The notes below the pieces were generated by a model. That model saw nothing but the letters and a program-made list of their open reading frames with translations, made no database searches and was not told the origin of the DNA. DNA of 64,000 bases from an uncultured virus (IMG/VR IMGVR_UViG_3300047552_002383) (taxonomy: Duplodnaviria > Heunggongvirae > Uroviricota > Caudoviricetes). Numbering within the stretch: position 1 is the stretch's first letter; every line of letters starts with the position of its first letter. Made by a program: the position numbers and the translations under genes. Below, one piece after another: positions 20,452 to 29,396 of the stretch. The stretch is from IMG/VR virus record IMGVR_UViG_3300047552_002383. One strand, given 5' to 3'.

Positions 20452-20528
20452 TATAGAAATAATTCCCAAAGAGAAAGAAATAATATTTTCTTTCTCTTTT
20501 ATTCTTATTTAAAACCTGGAAATAATAA

Positions 20529-20744
20529 ATGAAAGTTCTATTTTTTAGTAAAATGAATGATTCCTTATATGGATTTGGAATATCTGATACTATAGATTCT
20601 AATACTAATATGGGTCCAATTAATACCGTTATAGTAAAAGAAGAAAATATGGAAGAAACATTAGAGCAAAAAAATATATTATTAACTAATATACAAAAAG
20701 AATATATCAGAACCTTAGTACAAGGTTATATTATTTTTGAATGA
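20529..20744 (+). CDS. Hypothetical protein
   Basis: 71-aa ORF. Confidence 0.45.
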   Translation: MKVLFFSKMNDSLYGFGISDTIDSNTNMGPINTVIVKEENMEETLEQKNILLTNIQKEYIRTLVQGYIIFE

Positions 20745-20935
20745 GTATTGTATTTTTTATAATTTTAATCATTTGCGATTTTATAATTATAGAATATCTA
20801 TTTTCTACTATAATATACATATCTCCTATTTTTATTCTATTATTTTGTATATTATTTTATATTTCAAATATTATAATATTAAAAAATGCTATAGAGACAA
20901 TTTTTAACTATTTTTTCAATTTTCATGAATTATGA
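20741..20935 (+). CDS. Small membrane protein
   Basis: Two hydrophobic stretches; overlapping start/stop on both sides. Confidence 0.45.
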   Translation: MSIVFFIILIICDFIIIEYLFSTIIYISPIFILLFCILFYISNIIILKNAIETIFNYFFNFHEL

Positions 20936-21924
20936 CATCACCCATTCAAACCTCTTGGTTCTTAAAATATAATCCTAAACAAATAGATGATTATATTTTT
21001 GATTCTGAAACTCATGCTAATTTAATTAATAAATGGTTATCTCAAGAATATTGTGATGGGAATCTTCTATTAACTGGGCCAGCAGGTGTTGGTAAAAGTA
21101 GTTTAATTTCTGTATTAGTTAATACATTTATAAAATCATCTCATGATTTCAAAAAAGTAAAATCAAGATCCGTTGCTGAGATTGATGAATTATTATCTTA
21201 TGTCACTACTAAACCAGTAAAATCTATTAAAAAAATAATTGTCATAGAAGAATTCGATAGATTATCTAGAGAAGCTTTAACACAATTAAAAGATTCATAT
21301 TTAGAAAGATACCAAGCTAGCTGTACATTTATATGTACTACTAATTTTGTCTCAAAAATCGATCCTGCTATTAAATCTAGATTTACACATTTATCCTTTA
21401 ATGGAAAAAATGTTGAAGGGATAATAAAAAAATGCGAATCTATATTAACGGCAGAAGGTATTGAATTTGATCAAGAAGAGCTTATAAAATTTATCAACGA
21501 TAAACATTCTATAGGTTTAAGAAATCTAATTACTGAATTACAAATCCATTCTATAAATGGAAAAATAGATTTTTCAGGTATTACTGCATCAATTAGTAAC
21601 TTAGAAGAAGAAGTAGTTGAATTATTTTTTAAAATAATCCATGCTCTTACTAAAACTCAAGATATAAGTACAAAAAGAGCTATAATTATTAATCCTATTT
21701 CTTCTCCTGTTCAAAAAGAATGGGCAAGATTAACTGAAATAGTTCAATTTTCAAAAGATCTCGATTATGAAAATATATATGAACTAATTGAAAAGAATTT
21801 ATATTATTTGCCAATTAAATTATTGATAAATAAATATCTAAATGAATTAGAATCGAGAAAATTAGTATATCTTAGTTTTCTATCATTTATATATGAATCT
21901 ATGAAAACTATTATTGAACTTTAA
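20932..21924 (+). CDS. Clamp-loader (RFC/gp44-like) AAA+ ATPase
   Basis: WFLKYNPKQIDD, Walker A GPAGVGKS, Walker B IEEFD, AIKSRF. Confidence 0.88.
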   Translation: MTSPIQTSWFLKYNPKQIDDYIFDSETHANLINKWLSQEYCDGNLLLTGPAGVGKSSLISVLVNTFIKSSHDFKKVKSRSVAEIDELLSYVTTKPVKSIKKIIVIEEFDRLSREALTQLKDSYLERYQASCTFICTTNFVSKIDPAIKSRFTHLSFNGKNVEGIIKKCESILTAEGIEFDQEELIKFINDKHSIGLRNLITELQIHSINGKIDFSGITASISNLEEEVVELFFKIIHALTKTQDISTKRAIIINPISSPVQKEWARLTEIVQFSKDLDYENIYELIEKNLYYLPIKLLINKYLNELESRKLVYLSFLSFIYESMKTIIEL

Positions 21925-21977
21925 AATAATAATTTAAAAAAGCGTCTTTAACGGCGCTTTTTATTTGTTTTAAAAAT

Positions 21978-22874
21978 ATGCCAAATAATTTAGTAAATAA
22001 AGCAGTCGAGGTCTGTGGAATTTCTAAAGCAAAAGCTGAAGAACTATGGACTCAAGCAGAAGAAATTGCTAAAAAACAATATAAATTAGGTAATGAATTA
22101 AAAGGAAAGGATTATCAGATAGTAACTGGAATATTTAAAAAAAGTATTACAAATGATTGTTCAAGAAAATTAGGATGGTTAAAAGAAGATATGAATACAA
22201 TAAATGATGATGTATTATTAATTACAGAATTAATGAAACGATGCGGCGGTAAATCAAAGAAAAAACTAAAAGTAATAAAGGAAGAAGATTTATTACTAGA
22301 AGCTAAAAAGAAAAAAGAAAAAGAAAAAGAAAAGAAAGATACTAAAAAAGAAAAAGAAATAAAGAAAAATATAACATCCTATAATGAAGAATTACCAGAA
22401 GAAGAAGAATTAGAGAAAGATGCGAAAGAGACCGAAACTACTGATAAAATTATTAAGGAAGTTATTGAATTAATTGAAGAAGTTCGAAAACCACGCATAA
22501 GAATCGAAAAAGGACCTGGTGGTTGGGAAGGAATGAAACAAAATTTTGGTGAACTTGGAAAACTTTTTACAGGAAAAAATTTAGCAAAAAGAGCCGCGAT
22601 TCTTGCTGGAACTGGTAGTCTTGGATATTTAGCATATAAAAATAAAGATTATTTGAAAGATAAATTCGATAAAGCATCTGGTATTGAAGATAAAAATAAT
22701 CAAATAAAAAATTTAACGGATCAATTAGCAAAATCTAATACCGCGACTGAAATTAAAAAGAAATGGTTAAAACCGCAATTAGCCGCAGCTGTAGGTGGAG
22801 GAGCTCTTCTAGGTGGTGGAACTGTTGCTGCATTATCAAATAAAAAAGAATCTCAAAATAAAAAAGAAGTATAA
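21978..22874 (+). CDS. Lys/Glu-rich protein with internal leader-like LIxE sites and Gly-rich hydrophobic segments
   Basis: LLITE, LLLE, IIKEVIELIEE; AAILAGTGSLGYLAY; AAAVGGGALLGGGTVAAL. Confidence 0.6.
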   Translation: MPNNLVNKAVEVCGISKAKAEELWTQAEEIAKKQYKLGNELKGKDYQIVTGIFKKSITNDCSRKLGWLKEDMNTINDDVLLITELMKRCGGKSKKKLKVIKEEDLLLEAKKKKEKEKEKKDTKKEKEIKKNITSYNEELPEEEELEKDAKETETTDKIIKEVIELIEEVRKPRIRIEKGPGGWEGMKQNFGELGKLFTGKNLAKRAAILAGTGSLGYLAYKNKDYLKDKFDKASGIEDKNNQIKNLTDQLAKSNTATEIKKKWLKPQLAAAVGGGALLGGGTVAALSNKKESQNKKEV

Positions 22875-22921
22875 TACCATGTACGGATTTTATTCCGTAC
22901 ATGGCATTAATTGTAGGCCGA

Positions 22922-23278
22922 TTAGATTCCAGCAGTCACCAATTTGGATGCGAATCGGTCGTAATTACGACCAATTAATCCCAAATCCATACGACGAACC
23001 CTCAGTACCGACTTGTAATCGTCGTGGGCCTGCAATGACGCGAGCTTCTGCTCATAGCGCCACACCTTGCGATGCGGCAACTTTTTGATCTGACGTTGGA
23101 GCTCACGCTCCTTCTCATGATCGACATTGACCAAGACTCGGTAGCCGAGTGCTCCAAGTATTGCGAGAGCAACACCAGAGACTACTGCACCACCGACATA
23201 CACGCCAGCCTCTGCGGCGAACGCAGTACTTGCTGTTGCGGCTTCCAATGCCTTATTCGTTGCGAATACAGTCAACAT
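22922..23278 (-). CDS. GC-rich membrane protein gene
   Basis: Hydrophobic segment GVYVGGAVVSGVALAILGALGY; purine-rich RBS; promoter motifs at 23340 and 23389; hairpin 22879-22901 downstream. Confidence 0.6.
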   Translation of the reverse strand: MLTVFATNKALEAATASTAFAAEAGVYVGGAVVSGVALAILGALGYRVLVNVDHEKERELQRQIKKLPHRKVWRYEQKLASLQAHDDYKSVLRVRRMDLGLIGRNYDRFASKLVTAGI

Positions 23279-23404
23279 GATATGATTCTCTCTTTTAATG
23301 AATGAATTGATGAGCCAGATAAACTGACTTACTATATAATATCTATATATTTTTCTTCGAAAACATGATTTTTATATATAAATTATAATATCTATATAAA
23401 ATCA

Positions 23405-23626
23405 TTATTTTTTCTTTAAATGAAACTCAAATTCATCATGTAGAAATCTATAAGATAGAATCATTCCACTAAAAAAACATATTGCACCTGTAATTATAAA
23501 TGTAAATGCAATTGAAGAACAGATAAGGACTAAATAAATCTTATCAATAAACATTTTAATATCTCCTCTTTTTAATATTATTATATCTATATTAATTAAT
23601 AAATAAAAGGGAAATCCCTTTCCCAT
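23405..23626 (-). CDS. Small membrane protein (true start probably the internal MFIDK)
   Basis: TM segment; AGAGGAG precedes the internal ATG; promoter motif at 23584. Confidence 0.45.
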   Translation of the reverse strand: MGKGFPFYLLINIDIIILKRGDIKMFIDKIYLVLICSSIAFTFIITGAICFFSGMILSYRFLHDEFEFHLKKK

Positions 23627-23632
23627 AAAATT

Positions 23633-23863
23633 TTAAGTATAATACTGTTTTAATCTTTCAAGTTCTTGTTTTATATTTACTTTAAATTCTTCAAATTCTT
23701 CTGGATTAAGTTGATTTAAAGTATTTAAAAATTGAATTATTTCTAAATCCTTTTGTCTTTTATATAATAAAAGTTCTTCTCTTCTTCTATTTGCACTAAC
23801 AACTGCTACGCCGCTACCTACGACTGCAGAAATTATACCTAGAGCAATAAGAACTTGGATCAT
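23633..23863 (-). CDS. Small N-terminally anchored membrane protein
   Basis: MIQVLIALGIISAVVGSGVAVVS then a charged helix. Confidence 0.55.
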   Translation of the reverse strand: MIQVLIALGIISAVVGSGVAVVSANRRREELLLYKRQKDLEIIQFLNTLNQLNPEEFEEFKVNIKQELERLKQYYT

Positions 23864-24123
23864 AAATTTATTAAACGTCTGTCTAATGAATCTACTTTTA
23901 TCCTCATCATTTTATTATTAAGGATAGAAAGAGATCTTTCTGCTTCAGTTGGAACAAATAATTCTTCTTGATTTGATTTTAAATTAAGAGATATCGCGTG
24001 GATAACATTAAATCCTAATTTTATTATTTGTCCAAATGGTATTGTATTTAATATTGATTCCGTAGTAGACGGAGACGTAACAAGATCTGTAGATTTTCCT
24101 AAAGAAAAAGGTAAGTTATTCAT
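23860..24123 (-). CDS. Hypothetical protein
   Basis: 87-aa ORF, coupled to neighbours. Confidence 0.5.
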   Translation of the reverse strand: MNNLPFSLGKSTDLVTSPSTTESILNTIPFGQIIKLGFNVIHAISLNLKSNQEELFVPTEAERSLSILNNKMMRIKVDSLDRRLINL

Positions 24124-24281
24124 TATTTTTTAGTAAAAAATTGATTAACATTAGGAACTTCTTGTAATATTTTTTCTAAAATATCTTTATTATTTTGAGA
24201 TGTCTTACTTTGTACTAATTTCACACCTTCACTTACAATAATTGGAGCTACAACTTTAATAAATTCACTAACAAATGTCAT
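24123..24281 (-). CDS. Hypothetical 52-aa protein (not in ORF track)
   Basis: MTFVSEFIKVVAPIIVSEGVKLVQSK...; promoter motif 24364; TAATG coupling to next gene. Confidence 0.5.
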   Translation of the reverse strand: MTFVSEFIKVVAPIIVSEGVKLVQSKTSQNNKDILEKILQEVPNVNQFFTKK

Positions 24282-24408
24282 TTGTTTTTCTCTCTTTATA
24301 TTTATGATTTAGTAGATTCGAAAAAACAAAAAATTAATTTAATATATTAATAAAACTATTATATATCTATATATTATTTTTTTATCCACATTTCAGAGGA
24401 CTTATTTT

Positions 24409-24522
24409 ATGTCTGATATTTACGAAAACGAACTCGAAGACGATGATAATGAATTCGAAGACGAACTCGAAGACGAAGAAGAGGAAGAGGAAGAAGAAAA
24501 TTCTGAAGACGATGATGTATAA
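24409..24522 (+). CDS. 37-aa hyper-acidic peptide (not in ORF track)
   Basis: MSDIYENELEDDDNEFEDELEDEEEEEEEENSEDDDV; RBS AGAGGA 8 nt upstream. Confidence 0.6.
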   Translation: MSDIYENELEDDDNEFEDELEDEEEEEEEENSEDDDV

Positions 24523-24620
24523 TTTATTATCGTCAAATCTTATTATATCTATATATTAAGATTGAAAAAATAACGGTTCCATGCTATCTTATATATTTTA
24601 GATAGCATGGAACTTTTATA

Positions 24621-25025
24621 ATGAGATATATTATGATTCCAGAAAAATATGACTTAACAAATAGCTCGAAGCAAAGATTAAAAGGAGTTCATCCTGATTT
24701 AATAAAAATTGTCGAAAAAGCACTAGAAATCACCGATATTAATTTTACTATTCTTGAAGGATTAAGAAGTAAAGAACGGCAAAGAATATTAGTTCAAAAG
24801 GGAGCTTCCAAAACAATGAAAAGTCGTCATTTAACAGGACATGCCGTTGATATAGCACCTGTTATAAATGGACAAGTAACTTGGGATTGGAAGTATTATT
24901 ATCATTTAGAAAAAATTATTAAAACTGCTGCTAAACAAGTCAATATTATAGTAGAATGGGGTGGGGATTGGATAAAGTTTAAAGACGGTCCCCATTGGCA
25001 ATTACCTAGTAGATTATATCCATGA
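24621..25025 (+). CDS. Endolysin, peptidase M15 (L-Ala-D-Glu peptidase) family
   Basis: RLKGVHPDL, EGLRS.ERQ, SRHLTGHAVD, WGGDW..FKDGPHWQL. Confidence 0.92.
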   Translation: MRYIMIPEKYDLTNSSKQRLKGVHPDLIKIVEKALEITDINFTILEGLRSKERQRILVQKGASKTMKSRHLTGHAVDIAPVINGQVTWDWKYYYHLEKIIKTAAKQVNIIVEWGGDWIKFKDGPHWQLPSRLYP

Positions 25026-25273
25026 TTTTAAAAAATATTAGTAATTTAATATTAGAATTAACAACTCCTCCAATACCGAGAATTCCAGTACAACCAAATA
25101 TTAAAGTAAAACCAGTTAGCCCAATGCTTGCTGCAAAAGTTATGCAAAATAGAAAATTAACAATGAGTGAATTCCTAACCGCTCAAGATAATGATCTAAT
25201 ACCTGGACAATCAAATTTACCAAGACCAATACAAATGAGAATGTATCGCTCATTTAATATAAATAGAAGATAA
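25022..25273 (+). CDS. Leader-bearing Pro-rich small protein
   Basis: Starts MILKNISNLILE. Confidence 0.6.
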   Translation: MILKNISNLILELTTPPIPRIPVQPNIKVKPVSPMLAAKVMQNRKLTMSEFLTAQDNDLIPGQSNLPRPIQMRMYRSFNINRR

Positions 25274-25329
25274 TTTTTTCATTATTTAATATAGATATAT
25301 AATAAGAAAATAATAAAAGAGATAACCAA

Positions 25330-25935
25330 ATGATAATTAGAAAATTATATAAGTTCGAAGCCGCACATATTGTTAGGAAATGTTCAACAAAACGATGTTC
25401 TAGAAGTATTCATGGACATTCATATAAAGTCGAATTATTTATTGAATCTGGATCTCTAGATAATGGAGATATGGTTATAGATTTTGGACTTCTAAAACCA
25501 AATATTTCTGATTTTTTAGACTCTTTTGATCATTGTATGATGGTGTGGAAAGAAGATCTTCCTGAATTTATAGATTTTATAAAAAAATATTCAGAAAGAT
25601 ATATTATTTTTCCAGTAACTCCAACAGCTGAAAATATAGCATTATTAATTTTATATATAACTAATAAAATAATAAAAAATACCATTTTTTGCAATGGAGA
25701 AGACAATACTATTGTTAAAAAAGTAATTGTACATGAAACTGCAACTGGATATGCAGAAGCTAATTATATTGATCTTGATTTGATTAATTATAATTTATTA
25801 GATATAACATTTAGCAATGCAATAAAAAATGATTGGTCTACAGATATAATTAATTCAATTATATCAAGAATCCAATTTACTAATATAAAACCAGATTCTA
25901 ATATATATTGTGTTTCGGAAATATCTGATGTCTAA
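25330..25935 (+). CDS. queD: 6-carboxytetrahydropterin synthase
   Basis: FEAAH...C...HGHSY, MVIDFG.LK, FDH, PTAENIA, VHET. Confidence 0.9.
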   Translation: MIIRKLYKFEAAHIVRKCSTKRCSRSIHGHSYKVELFIESGSLDNGDMVIDFGLLKPNISDFLDSFDHCMMVWKEDLPEFIDFIKKYSERYIIFPVTPTAENIALLILYITNKIIKNTIFCNGEDNTIVKKVIVHETATGYAEANYIDLDLINYNLLDITFSNAIKNDWSTDIINSIISRIQFTNIKPDSNIYCVSEISDV

Positions 25936-26791
25936 CACTTTATCAATTAAAGTTGGAAAATTTCTTTTTGATAATCAAGAATCAATAATAATTCTAGCAG
26001 ATGATGCATATGCATCTACATTTCTTCTTTTTAATTCATTTGATGATTTTATAACTCTATGTCCAACTGAACGAGAACTAATTTCTAATATATTAGAAAT
26101 TGATGTATTTGAAGATGGAGCCAATGTAAAAAATGATGGTACTTATGAATTATTGAGTATCGATAAAATTCAAGTAATTGGATATTCGAATTTATTAAAA
26201 AATGAGAGAAATTAATTGTTTTAAATGTAACCAAAAGGTTGGCGAAATTAGAGATGCATCTTTAATGAAAAATTTAAAATATATATGTCCATCTTGTCAT
26301 GATGATATTATCAAAAAAATTCAAGAAGATAATATTATGGATTCTCTTTATTCATTTGTAACAAAAAATGATAAATATCTCAAGTCAAAAAATTGAAAAC
26401 TTAAATAAGACGTTAATAAATTCATTAAAAGATATTAAAAATGTACTAGTTATTTTAGAACAGGATCCAGATGAAGATGATATTGAAAAATGTATTTCAA
26501 TTCTAGAAAAAACTATCGTAAAGATCAGAAATGGAAGCCAAATATCTTGAACTTGAATCTCTCCATGATAATTGGATTGGAACTATATTTTTAAAAGTAA
26601 TAAAAGAAACTAAAAATTATTACTTTACTATCCAAAACCCATATTTAGGAATAATATCTAATAATTATAAAGATAGAGAAAAAAATATAATTAGATGGGA
26701 TAAAAATAAATATGATAATAATGGAATGAAAATCCGTAATGTTACATTTCATATTCCTTCTAATGCTAATAGAAATAAAATATATGGTTAA
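25910..26791 (+). CDS. Run of four small hypothetical genes (25910-26215, 26202-26396 with two CxxC, 26368-26550, 26531-26791)
   Basis: Overlapping short ORFs in the track; no recognisable family. Confidence 0.45.
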
Positions 26792-27651
26792 TGGCTTTCG
26801 ATATTTTTAAAGTATATAGTGAATTAACGGCAGATTGTCCTATTAATAAAATAGGAGAATATATAAATTATTATCAATCTGATGATTTAAAATCTAATAT
26901 TTTAGTTAGAAATTGTATTGAATTGGATATGACATCTGCATTTCCAAATATATGTAGATATTTATTTTCTTATTCAGATCCAGAATTTATAGATAAATTA
27001 TTTAGTATTGAAAAGAAAATTGAAAAGAATATTTTTTTAACAAACTATTTAAAAGATAAAGGATCTAAAAATAATAAAAATTATCTAATCGAATTAACAA
27101 ATTATGCTAAAATATTAACATTGAGTTATGTTTATAATAATTATGATAATATAAATATTTTAGAATTTAAAAAAGATGGAGCCGTTTTTGTTGGAGAATT
27201 AATATATCCAAAAAATAATACATTAAGTGAATTTAATAATTATAATAATTTTATTTATCATTCTAATAATATAAATTTATATAGTAGATTTTCAAGAACT
27301 AGTATATATTTAAAAAATAATGAAATTGATGTAAAAGGAATATATAAAAATCCTCCGGAATATATTCATAAATATGTATTACCATTTTTATTATTAAATA
27401 ATGATATTTTTAGTAATAAATTACAATCTTTAATAGATGTCTATTCTCGTAAATTTTTTAATATTTTATATTTATCAAACTTATTTGATCAAATAAAATA
27501 TTATTATTCATTTAATAATAAGTATCTTTCAGCTGAACTTAAATTAGAAGCTGTTCCATTTGGACCAAATTTAAAAGATACAGTTGAACCATTCTTAATT
27601 CTAAAAGAATTCATATTCCCTTTATTATCCCTTTTAAGACTAGAAAAATAA
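26791..27651 (+). CDS. Stand-alone family-B polymerase palm-like protein
   Basis: IELDMTSAFPNI (motif A-like DxxSxYP), FKKDGAVF (motif C-like), IDVKGI. Confidence 0.5.
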   Translation: MAFDIFKVYSELTADCPINKIGEYINYYQSDDLKSNILVRNCIELDMTSAFPNICRYLFSYSDPEFIDKLFSIEKKIEKNIFLTNYLKDKGSKNNKNYLIELTNYAKILTLSYVYNNYDNINILEFKKDGAVFVGELIYPKNNTLSEFNNYNNFIYHSNNINLYSRFSRTSIYLKNNEIDVKGIYKNPPEYIHKYVLPFLLLNNDIFSNKLQSLIDVYSRKFFNILYLSNLFDQIKYYYSFNNKYLSAELKLEAVPFGPNLKDTVEPFLILKEFIFPLLSLLRLEK

Positions 27652-27737
27652 CTCAATTGGGTTTTCAAAATTTTTGATAAAGATATTATTATTGGTAATA
27701 ATTATTATTTTCATTATATAAAAAGGAGAAACATTCG

Positions 27738-28514
27738 ATGGCATCTTTACATGAAATTTTAGCAGTTGAAACTGATAAAGAAGGTTATTTCAAAAAAGCA
27801 GTTCCCGAATTAATCGATCTTTTTAAAAATAAAACTCCAAGATTTCAAGGTCATACTAGAACATTAAAACTTTTAGGTGAAGAAACATTTGAAAAAGCTG
27901 ATTCAGAAAAAGCTGAATCCGAAAATGTTTTTATAACTACTACAGTCCCTGCAGAATTAAATTATTTAAGTAAATTAGTTGCGGATTATCTAGATATTAT
28001 TGCTCAAAAAGATAATGCAAACTGTAATACTAAAGCGGATGTAATTGTTGATGATGAAGTATTATTAAAAGATATTCCTGCAACCACTTTGCTCTCTTTA
28101 GAAAATAAATTAAAATTTATCAAACAGATATACGAAGAAATTCCGACTCTTCAACCAGGAGCAGCTTGGGAAAAAGATTTATCAATTGGAAAATATGTAT
28201 ATAAAGACACCAATCCGGAAGTACGTGCTAAAACTAAGAAAACATTTGATTTTAAAGTTTTAGTACCTGCAACTGATAAACATCCTGCCCAAATAGAAAA
28301 ATGGGATGTTAATATAGATATTGGTTATTATACAAAAATCCGTTGGTCTGGAATGTTAAGTGTAGCTGATAAATCTTTATTGCTTGGAAGATTAGATAAA
28401 TTAGTACAGGCAATTAAACAAGCTCGACAAAGAGCTAATGAATGCAAAATCACTCAAATTAAATTAGGTGATATAATTTTTAAATATATCCATAAAGATG
28501 TCTGTGATGTATAA
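27738..28514 (+). CDS. Helical phage protein of unknown function directly upstream of the permuted tRNA-like RNAs
   Basis: Strong RBS AAGGAG; promoter-like TAAAGATATTAT at about 27677; 258 aa. Confidence 0.7.
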   Translation: MASLHEILAVETDKEGYFKKAVPELIDLFKNKTPRFQGHTRTLKLLGEETFEKADSEKAESENVFITTTVPAELNYLSKLVADYLDIIAQKDNANCNTKADVIVDDEVLLKDIPATTLLSLENKLKFIKQIYEEIPTLQPGAAWEKDLSIGKYVYKDTNPEVRAKTKKTFDFKVLVPATDKHPAQIEKWDVNIDIGYYTKIRWSGMLSVADKSLLLGRLDKLVQAIKQARQRANECKITQIKLGDIIFKYIHKDVCDV

Positions 28515-28683
28515 TCTTCCAGATTTTACAAAATATGGTTTCCATACTAATACTAAATTTCGGGTTATTAAAAGTAATGGTGAAAAATTAATAGCCATAT
28601 ATCATGGATATGGATTATTTAGTACTCCAAATTCCTCTGAGCTATTTAATGATATTATAGCTTGGGAAACAATTTTGAGCTAA
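28498..28683 (+). CDS. Hypothetical protein
   Basis: 61-aa ORF. Confidence 0.4.
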   Translation: MSVMYNLPDFTKYGFHTNTKFRVIKSNGEKLIAIYHGYGLFSTPNSSELFNDIIAWETILS

Positions 28684-28696
28684 GTTTATCGTTAAA

Positions 28697-28792
28697 TAAA
28701 AAATCTTTAGTTTTGAACGTTCGAGTCGTTCACCTCGCACCATAAATTCTATGCGAGGTTGGTGGAATTGGTAGACACCTATCGATTTTTTA
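28697..28792 (+). ncRNA. Circularly permuted tRNA-like RNA 1 (Leu-like arms, YrlA topology)
   Basis: T arm GAACG-TTCGAGT-CGTTC 28715-31, acceptor 3' strand ACCTCGC-A-CCA 28732-42, 10-nt linker, acceptor 5' strand GCGAGGT 28753-59, D arm GTG-GAATTGGTAGA-CAC; closed by TAAAAAATC/GATTTTTTA. Confidence 0.8.
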
Positions 28793-28863
28793 GCCTTTAA
28801 ATTAATAGTTATTATTATCGTATTGGCTCAACAAGTTCATATATCGTGTATTTCTCAAGTAGA

Positions 28864-29001
28864 TATTTGTAAATAAATTAATTGGCAACTTAGGTTCGAA
28901 TCCTAATCCCGCCTCCAAATGTATTTTTAAACAAAGAATATATTTGGGCGGGATAGTTCAGTGGTAGAACTCCAATCTAGTCATTGTAAAATTTACAAAT
29001 A
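28864..29001 (+). ncRNA. Circularly permuted tRNA-like RNA 2 (YrlA topology)
   Basis: T arm TTAGG-TTCGAAT-CCTAA 28890-906, TCCCGCC-T-CCA 28907-17, hairpin linker, GGCGGGA 28947-53, D arm GTTC-AGTGGTA-GAAC; closed by ATTGG/CCAAT and TATTTGTAAAT/ATTTACAAATA. Confidence 0.8.
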
Positions 29002-29093
29002 AATTGAAAGAGAAGAAGCAATACACAAACAGTCTTGAAAACTGTCGGGGAGGGGAGATGGGTATAAGCTCCCCTTACCCACTTATACGTTAT

Positions 29094-29170
29094 GCGCTTG
29101 TAGCTCAGTCGGATAGAGCAATGGATTTCTAATCCATTGGTCGGGGGTTCGAGTCCCTCCAAGCGCGCCA
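29094..29170 (+). tRNA. tRNA-Arg(TCT)
   Basis: Full cloverleaf; ATGGA-TT-TCT-AA-TCCAT; GGTTCGAGTCC; CCA encoded. Confidence 0.95.
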
Positions 29171-29217
29171 GTATCTATATAGAATTTTTAAAAATTTTAT
29201 ATAGATATTATATAATA

Positions 29218-29396
29218 AGTACATCGGTCGATCTGTCGATTGATCTGTGGATAACCATGTACTGGTCACACCCAGTTCATCCTAGGACCCGCAATCATAT
29301 GCGAATATAGATTGCCTAGCGTGAAGGTGTCGATCAAATCCACTTAAGTCCACGAGTGGTGTAGTGATGGGTATATAATAATATATACCCATTATC
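29218..29396 (+). ncRNA. Promoter-driven structured non-coding RNA
   Basis: Promoter motif 29200; GC-richer non-coding stretch with several stems and crossing pairings; terminal hairpin GATGGGTATATA/TATATACCCATT followed by T-rich tail. Confidence 0.65.

Noticed and set aside
22813..23305. Plus-strand ORFs 22813-23088 and 23072-23305
   Set aside because: They overlap the minus-strand gene that has the promoter, RBS and downstream hairpin; probably shadows of GC-rich sequence, though not strictly excluded.
28697..29001. Two-piece tmRNA or ordinary tRNA genes
   Set aside because: Both units have full D arms and no tag reading frame or G3.U70 alanine identity; the half order is reversed and no anticodon loop exists.
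28977..29162. Minus-strand 61-aa ORF, and ORF 33053-33238
   Set aside because: Shadow translations of tRNA genes (MEGLEPPT..., MSGVQIPLPRP...).
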